Shown here: positions 1 through 12,436 of the stretch, one piece after another
How positions within the stretch are numbered: position 1 is the stretch's first letter
Layout of the letters: each line of letters starts with the position of its first letter
Assembly (NCBI RefSeq): GCF_009834535.1
Contig: NC_045697.1
Span: 120,654,001 to 120,718,000, forward strand
DNA length: 64,000 nucleotides
Source: Camelus ferus
Taxonomy: Eukaryota
Direction: 5' to 3'
The notes under the pieces: generated by a model
Told to the model about the DNA's origin: nothing
Databases searched by the model: none
What the model saw: the letters and a program-made list of their open reading frames with translations, nothing else
Program-made: the position numbers and the translations under genes

Positions 1-90
1 CCTGCAAAGTTGCCTTATATACTAAAGTGCAGTTAGGAAAAAGCTGCAAAATCAGTGTAATATATTCAATGTGTATATATGCATTATATG

Positions 91-3000
91 GTGGATGAAA
101 GTTCTGTAATTCACAGGCACACAACTGACTAATGAATATTTGTCAAATCCGTGGTGAATGCAGGGTGTTTAGACCACGGAAAGTCACTTTGTGGGAAACA
201 ATTGAAATTGCAATTCTAATGGGTAGAACTCACATGCAGAGATATTTTCTGGGAAATCTTTATGATTTTCGAGACTGACGTTAGGGAAAATCTGTGAAAT
301 CATGGTAAATATTTCTAGGTGTATTTATGCCTTGTATGGTGGATGAAAGTGCTGTAATCCACATGCACACAACTGAGTAATGAATGTTTGTCAAATCCTT
401 GATGCATGTAGCGTGTATAGAAAATGGAATGTCACATTGAGGGAAACTATTTAAATTAAAATTCTACTGGGTAGAACTCGCATGAAGAGGTTTTTTCTGC
501 GAAAACTTCATGATTTTTGAAACTGAAGTTAGGAAAAAGCTGGGAAAGCAGAGTAAATATTTCTAGGTGTAAATATACCTTGTATGGTGGTGGAAAGTTC
601 AGAAATCCACATGCTCACAACTCAGTAATGAATGATTTCTAAATCCAATATGCATGTAGCGTGTTATGAACACGGAATGTCATGGTAAGTGAAACATTGT
701 AAATTTCATGTCTATTGGATAGAACACGATCGAAGAGAATTTTTCTGTGAAAACTGCCTGTATTTCGCAAGTGGCATTAGGACAAATCTGCGAACACAGA
801 GAAAAATGTCTAGGTGTATATATGCAGTGTTTGGTGGATGAAAGTTTGGTACTCCACATGTTCACAGCTCATTAAAAAATGTTTGTCCAATCCGTGATCC
901 ATGTAGCATGTTCGGAACACAGAATATCACGGTGATAGAAACTTTGTAAATTACATGTGTATTGGGTAGAACTCGTTTCAAAAGCATTTTTCTGTGAAAT
1001 CTGCCTCATTTTCAAATCTGACATTAGGTAAACACTTCAAAATCTGAGAAAATGCTTCTAAGTGTCAATATGACTTGTATGGTGGATGAAAGTTTGGTAA
1101 TACACACGTTCACCACTCAATAAAGAATGATTGTAGAATCAGTGATGCATGTAGCGTGTTCGGAACATGCAATGTCACGGTGAGTGAAAGCATTTAAATT
1201 ACATGTCCACTTGGTAGAACTTGCTCCAAAAGCATTTCTCTGTGAAATCTGCCTCATTTCCAAAACTGGCATTAGGAAAAATTCGAATTTTGAGAAAATG
1301 CTTCTAAGTGCCAATATGACTTGTATGGTGATGAAAGTTCAGAAATACACATGCTAAAAAATTCTAGTGAATACTTTTTCAAAACCGGTGATGCATGCAG
1401 TTTTTTCAGAACACAGAATTTGACGATGAGCGAATCTATGTAAATTACATGTCTATTGGGTGGAACAAGTTCCAAGAGTATATTTCTTTGAAAACTGCCT
1501 GATTTCAGAAACTGACGTTAGGAAAAATCTGCATATACTTTGTACATGTTTCCAGCTGTATATATACATTTATGGTAGATGAAAGTTCAGTAATCCACAT
1601 GCTAACAACTCAGCAGTGAATATTTGTTCGAACCTGCGGTGCAAGTAGCAAGTTTGAAGCACGGAATTTCACGGCGACGGGACTCTATGTAAATTATATG
1701 TCCTAATGTGTAGAACATGCTACAAGACATTTATCCAGCTATAGTTGCCTAGATTTTCTAAACTGCCATTAGGAAAAAGCTGCGAACTCAGAATAATGTT
1801 TTCTAGGTTTATATATGCCTTATATGGTGGATGAAAATTCTGTAATCTACATGCACACAACTGAGTAACGAATGTTTGTCAAATCCGTGATGAATTTAGC
1901 ATGTTCGGACCATGGAAAGTCACTTTGTGGGAAACTATTGAAATTACAATTCTACTGGGTCGAACACGCTTGCAGAGATTACTTCTGCAAAAACATCATG
2001 ATTTTCAAAACAGACGGTAGGAAAAAGTAGTGAAATCAGAGTAAATATTTCTAGGTGTATATGTGTCTAATATGGTGGATGAAAGTTCTGTAATCCACAT
2101 GCACACAACTGAGTAATTAACGTTTGTCAAATCCGTGATGCATGTAGCATGTTCAGAAAACGGAAAGTCGCTTTGAGGGAAACTGCTTAAATTACAATTC
2201 CTCTGGATAGAACTCGCTTGAAGAGGTTTTTTCCTGAGAAAACTTCATGATTTTAAAACCTGAAGTTAGGAAAAAGCTGTGAAAGCAGAGTAAATATTTC
2301 TAGGTGTAAATATGCCTTGTATGGTGGATTAAATTTCGGAAATCCACATGCTCTCTAATCAGTAATGAATGTTTTATAAATCCATTATGCATAGAGCGTG
2401 TTCTGAACAAGGAATGTCATGGTAGGTGAATCATTGTAAATTTCATGTCTGTCTGATAGAACACGCTCGAAGAGAATTTTTCTGTGAAAACTGCCTGTTT
2501 TTTGCAACTGGCATTCGGACAAATCTGCAAACACAGAGAAAAACTTCTAGGTGTAAATATGCCGTGTTTGTTGAATGAATGTTCGGTAATCAACACGTTC
2601 CCAACTCATTAATCAATGTTTGTCGAATCCGTGATCCATGTAATGTGTTCGGAACACAGACTATCACGGTAATAGAAACCTTGCAAATTACACATGTATT
2701 AGGTAGAACTCGCTCCAAAAGCATTTACCTGCGAAATCTGCCTCATTTTCAAAACTGGCATAAGAAAAACACTTCGAAATCTGAGAAAATGATTCTAAGT
2801 GTCAATATGAATTGTATGGTGGATGAATGTTCAGTAATCCACATGCTAAAAAATTCTGTACTGAATATTTGTCGAAACAGTTATGCATGCAGCTTTCTCG
2901 GAACACAGAATTTGACGGTGAGCGAACCTATGTAAATTAAATATCTATTGTGTAGAACTCTCTCCAAGAGCATTTTTCGGTGAATACTGCCTCATTTTCG

Positions 3001-4052
3001 AAACTGGCATTAGGAAAAAGTTTCAAAAAATTAGAAAATGCTTGTAAGCGCCATTATGCCTTGTATGGTGGATAAAACTACGGTAATCCACATGCTAACA
3101 ACTCTGTAGTTAATACTTCTGGAATCCGAGATGCATGTAGCCTGTTCAGAACACGGAATTTCACGGTGAGCACATTTTTGTAAATTACAAGTCTCTTGGG
3201 TAGAACTAGCTCCAAGAAATTTTTGCTTCGAAATCTGCCGTATTTTCAAAACTGGCGTTTGGAAACATATGTGAAATCAGAGAAAATGCTTCTAAGTATC
3301 AATATGCCTTTTATTATGCTGAAAGTTCTGTAATCCACATGCAAACATATTTGTAGTGAATATATGTCGAATCCGTTATGCATGTAGCGTGTTCGAAAGA
3401 CGTAATTTCACAGCAATGGAATCTATGTAAATTACATGCCTAGTGGGTAGAAATCGCTCCAACAGTTTTTTCCTTAGAAAAATGCCTAATTTTCAAAACT
3501 GCTATTAGGAAATTGCTGCGAACTCAGAGTAATGTTTCTAGGTGCAAATATGTCTTGTGTGGTAGATGAAAGTTTGTAATGCACATGCTTACACTCAATA
3601 AAGTAATGTTGTAGAATCTGTGATACATGTAATGTATTCAGAACACGGAATGTCATGGTAAGTGATACTATGTAAATTACAAGTCTATTAGATAGAACTC
3701 ACTCCAATAGGATTTTTCTGTGAAAAATGTCTTATTTTCGAACCTGGCTTTAGGAATATCTGCAAATACTGAGTACATGTTTCCAGCTGTATATATACAT
3801 TTTATGGTAGTTGAAAGTACATTAATCCACATACTAACAACTCAGCACTTACAATTTGTCGAACTGCGGTGCATGTAGCATGTTCGTAGTACGGTAAGTC
3901 ACGGCGAGGAGATCTATGTAAATTACATGTCTACTGTGTAGAACACTCTACAAGAGAATTATCCTGCAAAGTTGCCTTATATACTAAAGTGCAGTTAGGA
4001 AAAAGCTGCAAAATCAGTGTAATATATTCAATGTGTATATATGCATTATATG
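91..4052 (+). repeat. HOR unit 1, canonical 16-mer (3962 bp), used as reference for M1-M16
   Basis: M1 anchors at 91 and 4053, with 16 monomer anchors counted between them. Confidence 0.95.
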
Positions 4053-7000
4053 GTGGATGAAAGTTCTGTAATTCACAGGCACACAACTGACTAATGAATA
4101 TTTGTCAAATCCGTGGTGAATGCAGGGTGTTTAGACCACGGAAAGTCACTTTGTTGGAAACAATTGAAATTGCAATTCTAATGGGTAGAACTCACATGCA
4201 GAGATATTTTCTGGGAAATCTTTATGATTTTCGAGACTGACGTTAGGGAAAATCTGTGAAATCATGGTAAATATTTCTAGGTGTATTTATGCCTTGTATG
4301 GTGGATGAAAGTGCTGTAATCCACATGCACACAACTGAGTAATGAATGTTTGTCAAATCCTTGATGCATGTAGCGTGTATAGAAAATGGAAAGTCACATT
4401 GAGGGAAACTATTTAAATTAAAATTCTACTGGGTAGAACTCGCATGAAGAGGTTTTTTCTGCGAAAACTTCATGATTTTTGAAACTGAAGTTAGGAAAAA
4501 GCTGGGAAAGCAGAGTAAATATTTCTAGGTGTAAATATACCTTGTATGGTGGTGGAAAGTTCAGAAATCCACATGCTCACAACTCAGTAATGAATGATTT
4601 CTAAATCCAATATGCATGTAGCGTGTTATGAACACGGAATGTCATGGTAAGTGAAACAATGTAAATTTCATGTCTATTGGATAGAACACGATCGTAAGAG
4701 AATTTTTCTGTGAAAACTGCCTGTATTTCGCAAGTGGCATTAGGACAAATCTGCGAACACAGAGAAAAATGTCTAGGTGTAAATATGCAGTGTTTGGTGG
4801 ATGAAAGTTTGGTATTACACATGTTCACAGCTCATTAAAAAATGTTTGTCCAATCCGTGATCCATGTAGCATGTTCGGAACACAGAATATCACGGTGATA
4901 GAAACTTTGTAAATTACATATGTATTGGGTAGAACTCGTTTCAAAAGCATTTTTCTGTGAAATCTGCCTCATTTTCAAATCTGACATTAGGTAAACACTT
5001 CAAAATCTGAAAAATTGCTTCTAAGTGTCAATATGACTTGTATGGTGGATGGAAGTTTGGTAATACACACGTTCACCACTCAATAAAGAATGATTGTAGA
5101 ATCAGTGATGCATGTAGCGTGTTCGGAGCATGCAATGTCACGGTGAGTGAAAGCATTTAAATTACATGTCCACTTGGTAGAACTTGCTCCAAAAGCATTT
5201 CTCTGTGAAATCTGCCTCATTTCCAAAACTGGCATTAGGAAAAATTCGAATTTTGAGAAAATGCTTCTAAGTGCCAATATGACTTGTATGGTGATGAAAG
5301 TTCAGAAATACACATGCTAAAAAATCTCTAGTTAATACTTTTCAAAACGGTGATGCATGAATTTTTTTCAGAACACAGAATTTGAGATGAGCGAATCTAC
5401 TGTAAATTACATGTCTATTGGGTGGAACAAGTTCCAAGACTATATTTCTTTGAAAACTGCCTGATTTCAGAAACTGACGTTAGGAAAAATCTGCATATAT
5501 TTTGTACATGTTTCCAGCTGTATATATACATTTATGGTAGATGAAAGTTCAGTAATCCACATGCTAACAACTCAGCAGTGAATATTTGTTGAACTTGCGG
5601 TGCAAGTAGCAAGTTTGAAGCACGGAATTTCACGGCGACGGGACTCTATGTAAATTATATGTCTAATGTGTAAACATGCTACAAGACATTTATCCATGCT
5701 ATAGTTGCCTGATTTTCTAAACTGCCATTAGGAAAAAGCTGCGAACTCAGAATAATGTTTTCTAGGTTTATATATGCCTTATATGGTGGATGAAAATTCT
5801 GTAATCTACATGCACACAACTGAGTAACGAATGTTTGTCAAATCCGTGATGAATTTAGCATGTTCGGACCATGGAAAGTCACTTTGTGGGAAACTATTGA
5901 AATTACAATTCTACTGGGTCGAACACGCTTGCAGAGATTACTTCTGCAAAAACATCATGATTTTCAAAACAGACGGTAGGAAAAAGTAGTGAAATCAGAG
6001 TAAATATTTCTAGGTGTATATGTGTCTAATATGGTGGATGAAAGTTCTGTAATCCACATGCACACAACTGAGTAATTAACGTTTGTCAAATCCGTGATGC
6101 ATGTAGCATGTTCAGAAAACGGAAAGTCGCTTTGAGGGAAACTGCTTAAATTACAATTCCTCTGGATAGAACTCGCTTGAAGAGGTTTTTTCCTGAGAAA
6201 ACTTCATGATTTTAAAACCTGAAGTTAGGAAAAAGCTGTGAAAGCAGAGTAAATATTTCTAGGTGTAAATATGCCTTGTATGGTGGATTAAATTTCGGAA
6301 ATCCACATGCTCTCTAATCAGTAATGAATGTTTTATAAATCCATTATGCATAGAGCGTGTTCTGAACAAGGAATGTCATGGTAGGTGAAATCATTGTAAA
6401 TTTCATGTCTGTCTGATAGAACACGCTCGAAGAGAATTTTTCTGTGAAAACTGCCTGTTTTTTGCAACTGGCATTCGGACAAATCTGCAAACACAGAGAA
6501 AAACTTCTAGGTGTAAATATGCCGTGTTTGTTGAATGAATGTTCGGTAATCAACACGTTCCCAACTCATTAATCAATGTTTGTCGAATCCGTGATCCATG
6601 TAATGTGTTCGGAACACAGACTATCACGGTAATAGAAACCTTGCAAATTACACATGTATTAGGTAGAACTCGCTCCAAAAGCATTTATCCTGCGAAATCT
6701 GCCTCATTTTCAAAACTGGCATTAAGAAAAACACTTCGAAATCTGAGAAAATGATTCTAAGTGTCAATATGAATTGTATGGTGGATGAAAGTTCAGTAAT
6801 CCACATGCTAAAAAATTCTGTACTGAATATTTGTCGAAACAGTTATGCATGCAGCTTTCTCGGAACACAGAATTTGACGGTGAGCGAACCTATGTAAATT
6901 AAATGTCTATTGTGTCGTAACTCTCTCCAAGAGCATTTTTCGGTGAAAACGGCCTCATTTTCGAAACTGGCGTTAGGAAAACTTTCAAAAAATTAAAAAA

Positions 7001-8016
7001 TGCTTGTAAACGCCATTATGCCTTGTATGGTGGATAAAACTACGGTAATCCACATGCTAACAACTCTGTAGTTAATATTTGTGGAATCCGAGATGCATGT
7101 AGCATGTTCAGAACACGGAATTTCACGGTGAGCGAAACTTTGTAAATTACAAGTCTCTTGGGAAGAACTGGCTCCAAGAGCTTTTTGCGGCGAAATCTGC
7201 CGCATTTTCAAAACTGGCGTTTGGAAACCTCTGTGAAATCAGAGAAAATGCTTCTAAGTATCAATATGCCTTTTATTATGCTGAAAGTTCGATAATCCAC
7301 ATGCAAACACATTTGTAGTGAATATATGTCGAATCCGTTATGCATGTAGCGTGTTCGAAAGACGTAATTTCACAGCAATGGAATCTATGTAAATTACATG
7401 CCTAGTGGGTAGAAATCGCTCCAACAGTTTTTCCTTAGAAAAATGCCTAATTTTCAAAACTGCTATTAGGAAATTGCTGCGAACTCAGAGTTAATGTTTC
7501 TAGGTGCAAATATGTCTTGTGTGGTAGATGAAAGTTTGTAATGCACATGCTTACACTCAATAAAGAATGTTGTAGAATCTGTGATGCATGTAATGTATTC
7601 AGAACACGGAATGTCATGGTAAGTGAAACTATGTAAATTACAAGTCTATTGCATAGAATTCACTCCAAGAGGATTTTTCTGTGAAAACTGTCTTATTTTC
7701 GAAATTGGCATTAAAGAATATCTGCAAATACTGAGTACATGCTTCCTAGCTGTATATATACATTTTATGGTAGATGAAAGTACATTATTCCACATGCTAT
7801 CAACTCAGCACTTAATATTTGTCGAACTGCAGTGCATGTAGCATGTTCGGATTACGGTACGTCACGGCGAGGAGATCTATGTAAATTACATGTCTACAGT
7901 GTAGAACACTCTACAAGAGAATTATCCTGCAAAGTTGCCTTATATTACTAAACTGCAGTTAGGAAAAAGCTGCAAAATCAGTAATATATTTTCAAGGTGT
8001 ATATATGCATTATATG
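4053..8016 (+). repeat. HOR unit 2, 16-mer (3964 bp)
   Basis: M1 anchors at 4053 and 8017; the ORF track repeats with the same offset (1117 to 5080). Confidence 0.95.
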
Positions 8017-11000
8017 GTGGATGAAAGTTCTGTAATTCACAGGCACACAACTGACTAATGAATGTTTGTCAAATCCGTGATGAATGCAGTGTGTTACGAC
8101 CACGGAAAGTCACTTTGTGGAAACAATTGAAATTGCAATTCTAATGGGTAGAACTCACATGCAGAGATATTTTTCTGGGAAAACTTTATGATTTTCGAGA
8201 CTGACGTTAGGAAATATCTGTGAAATCAGGGTAAATATTTCTAGGTGTATTTATGCCTTGTATGGTGGATGAAAGTTCTGTAATCCACATGCACACAACT
8301 GAGTAATGAATGTTTGTCAAATCCGTGATGCATGTAGCGTGTTCAGAAAATGGAAAGTCACATTGAGGGAAACTATTTAAATTACAATTCTACTGGGTAG
8401 AACTCGCATGAAGAGGTTTTTTCTGCGAAAACTTCATGATTTTTGAAACTGAAGTTAGGAAAAAGCTGGGAAAGCAGAGTAAATATTTCTAGGTGTAAAT
8501 ATACCTTGTATGGTGGTGGAAAGTTCAGAAATCCACATGCTCACAACTCAGTAATGAATGATTTCTAAATCCAATATGCATGTAGCGTGTTATGAACACG
8601 GAATGTCATGGTAAGTGAAACATTGTAAATTTCATGTCTATTGGATAGAACACGATCGAAGAGAATTTTTCTGTGAAAACTGCCTGTATTTCGCAAGTGG
8701 CATTAGGACAAATCTGCGAACACAGAGAAAAATGTCTAGGTGTATATATGCAGTGTTTGGTGGATGAAAGTTTGGTACTCCACATGTTCACAGCTCATTA
8801 AAAATGTTTGTCCAATCCGTGATCCATGTAGCATGTTCGGAACACAGAATATCACGGTGATAGAAACTTTGTAAATTACATATGTATTGGGTAGAACTCG
8901 TTTCAAAAGCATTTTTCTGTGAAATCTGCCTCATTTTCAAATCTGACATTAGGTAAACACTTCAAAATCTGAGAAAATGCTTCTAAGTGTCAATATGACT
9001 TGTATGGTGGATGAAAGTTTGGTAATACACACGTTCACCACTCAATAAAGAATGATTGTCGAATCAGTGATGCATGTAGCGTGTTCGGAACATGCAATGT
9101 CACGGTGAGTGAAAGCATTTAAATTACATGTCCACTTGGTAGAACTTGCTCCAAAAGCATTTTCTGTGAAATCTGCCTCATTTTCCAAACTGGCATTAGG
9201 AAAAATTCGAATTTTGAGAAAATGCTTCTAAGTGCCAATATGACTTGTATGGTGATGAAAGTTCAGAAATACACATGCTACAAATCTGTAGTGAATATTT
9301 TTTCAAACCGTGATGCATGCAGTTTTTTCAGAACACAGAATTTGATGAAGAGCGAATCTATGTAAATTACATATCTATTGGGGGGAACAAGTTCCAAGAT
9401 TATTTCTTTAAAACTGCCTGATTTCAGAAACTGACGTTAGAAATATCTGCATATAATTTGTACATATTTCTAGCTGTATATACAATTAGGTAATGAAAGT
9501 TCAGTAATCCACATGCTAACAACTCAGAAGTGATATTTGTCGAACAGCGGTGCAAGTAACAAGTTTGAAGCACGGAATTTCACGGCGAGGTACTCTATGT
9601 AAATTAAATGTCCAATGTGTAGAACATGCTACAAGGCATTTATCCTGCTATAGTTTGCCAGATTTTCTAAACTGCCATTAGGAAAAGCTGCGAACTCAGA
9701 ATATGTTTTCTTTGTTTATTATGCCTTATATGGTGGATGAAAATCCTGTAATCTACATGCACACAAGTGAGTAATGAATGTTTGTCAATCCGTGATGAAT
9801 TTAGCATGTTCGGACCATGGAAAGTCACTTGTGGGAAACTATTGAAATTACAATTCAACTGGGTCGAACTCGCTTGCAGAGATTACTTCTGAAAACATCA
9901 TGATTTTCAAAACTGACAGTAGGAAAAATAGTGAAATCAGGGTAAATATTTCTAGGTATATATGTGTCTCATATGGTGGATGAAGTTCTGGAATCCGCAT
10001 GCACACAACTGAGTAATTAACGTTTGTCAAATCCGTGATGCATGTAGCATGTTCAGAAAACGGAAAGTCGCTTTGAGCGAAACTGCTTAAATTACAATTC
10101 TTCTGGATAGAACTCGCTTGAAGTGGTTTTTTCCTGAGAAAACTTCATGATTTTTGAAACTGAAGTTAGGAAAAACCTGGGAAAGCAAAGTCAATATTTC
10201 TAGGTGTAAATATACCTTGTATGGTGGTGGAAAATTCAGAAATCTACATAATCACAACTCAGTAATGAATGATTTCTAAATACAATATGCATGTAGCGTG
10301 TTATGAACACGGAATGTCATGGTAAGTGAAACATTGTAAATTTCATGTCTGTTGGATAGAACACGATCGAAGAGAATTTTTCTGTGGAAAATTGCCTGTA
10401 TTTCGCAAGTGGCATTAGGACAAATCTGCGAACACAGAGAAAAATGTAGGTGTATATATGCGGTGTTTGGTGGATGAAGTTTGGTACTCCACAATGTTTC
10501 ACAGCTCATTAAAAAATGTTTGTCCAATCCGTGATCCAGGTAGCATGTTCGGAACACAGAATATCCGTGATAGAAACTTTGTAAATTACATCTGATTGGG
10601 TAGAACTCGTTTCAAAAGCATTTTTCTGTGAAACTGCCTCATTTTCAAATCTGACATTAGGTAACAACTTCAAATGAGAAAATGCTTCTAAGGTCAATAT
10701 GACTTGTATGGTGGATAAAGTTCGGTAATACACACGTCTTCACCACTCATAAAGAAATGATTGTGAATCAGTGATGCATTTTAGCGTGTTCGGAACATGC
10801 AATGTCACGGTGAGAGAAGCATTTAAATTACTTGTCCACGTGTAAACTTTCTCCAAAGCATTTTTTCTGTGAAATCTGCCTCATTTTCAAACTGGCATTA
10901 GAAAATTTCGAATTTTGAGAAAATGCTTCTAAGTGCATATGACTTGTATGGTGATGAAAGTTCAGAAATCAACATGCTAAGAAATCTGTAGTGAATACTT

Positions 11001-12336
11001 TTCAAAACCGAGATGGATGCAGTTTTAGAACACAGAATTTGTGATGAGCGAATCTATGGAAATTCATATCTATTGGGTGACAAGTTCCAAGATTATATTT
11101 CTTTGAAAACTGCCTGATTTCAGAAACTGACGTTAGGAATATCTGCATATAATTTGTACATATTTCTATTTCGAAGCTGTATATATCATTATGGTAGATG
11201 AAAGTTCAGTAATCCACATGCTAACAACTCGCAGTGAATATTGTCGAACAGCGCGTGCAAGTAACAAGTTTGAAAGCAGGAATTTCACTGCGAGGTACCT
11301 ATGTAAATTAAATGTCCAATGTGTAGAACATCTACAAGACTTTATCCTGCTATAGTTGCCAGATTTTCTAAACTGCTGCCATTAGGAAAAGCTGCGAACT
11401 ACAAATAATGTTTTCTAGGTTTATATATGCTTTATGTGTGGATGAAAATCCTGTAATCTACATGCACACAACTGATAACGAATGTTTGTCAAATCCGTGA
11501 TGAATTTAGCATGTTCGGACCATGAAGCACTTGTGGGAAACTACTGAAATTACAATTCTACTGGGTCGAACTCGCTTGCAGAGATTACTTCTGACAAAAC
11601 ATCATGATTTTCAAAGAGACGGTAGGAAAAAGTGAAATCAGAGTAATATTTCTGTGAATTAATGTCTCATATGGTGGATGAAAGATCTGTAATCCACATG
11701 CACACAACTGAGTAATTAACGTTTGTCAAATCCGTGATGCATGTAGCATGTGTTCAGAAACGAAAGTCGCTTTGAGGGAAACTGATTAAATACAATTCCT
11801 CTGGATAAAACTCGCTGAAGAGGTTTATTCCTGATATAACTTCATGATTTTAAACCTGAAGTTAGGAAAAGCTGTGAAAGAAGAGTAAATATGTCTAGGT
11901 GTCAATATGCCTTTGTATGGTGGATTAAATTTCGGAATCCACATGCTCTCTAATCAGTAATGAATGTTTTATAAATCCATTATGCATAGAGCGTGTTCTG
12001 AACAAGGAATGTCATGGTAAGTGAAACATTGTAATTTCAAGTCTGTCTGATAGAACACGCTCGAAGAGAATATTTCTGTGAAAACTGCCTGTTTTTTGCA
12101 ACTGGCATTCGGAAAATCTGCAAACACAGAGAAAAATTTCTAGGTATATATGGCCGTGTTTGTTGGATGAATATTCGGTAATCAACACGTTCCAACTCAT
12201 TAATCAATGTATTGTGGAATCCGTGATCCATATAATGTGTTCAGAACACAGACTATCACGGTGACAGAAACCTTGCAAATTACACATGTATTAGGTTAGA
12301 ACTCGCTCCAAAAGCATTTATCTGAATCTGACTCAT
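8017..12336 (+). repeat. Irregular HOR unit: M1-M8, M9/M2 hybrid, M3-M11; indel-rich and truncated by a gap
   Basis: After M9 (GAGTAATTAACG, ~10011) the next monomer is M3 (GGTGGTGGAAA, ~10223) instead of M10. Many 1-bp indels from ~9400 onward. Confidence 0.85.
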
Positions 12337-12436
12337 NNNNNNNNNNNNNNNNNNNNNNNNNNNNNNNNNNNNNNNNNNNNNNNNNNNNNNNNNNNNNNNN
12401 NNNNNNNNNNNNNNNNNNNNNNNNNNNNNNNNNNNN
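12337..12436. other. Assembly gap (100 N)
   Basis: Exactly 100 N, the usual placeholder for a gap of unknown size. HOR phase jumps from M11 to the end of M5 across it. Confidence 0.99.

Noticed and set aside
1885..1925. Hammerhead ribozyme core, as known from newt, schistosome and cave-cricket satellites (GTGATGA...GAAA)
   Set aside because: The core reads GUGAUGA rather than CUGANGA, I see no convincing stem II, and I found no conserved CTGANGA/GAAA arrangement on either strand by eye. An Infernal/Rfam scan would settle it.
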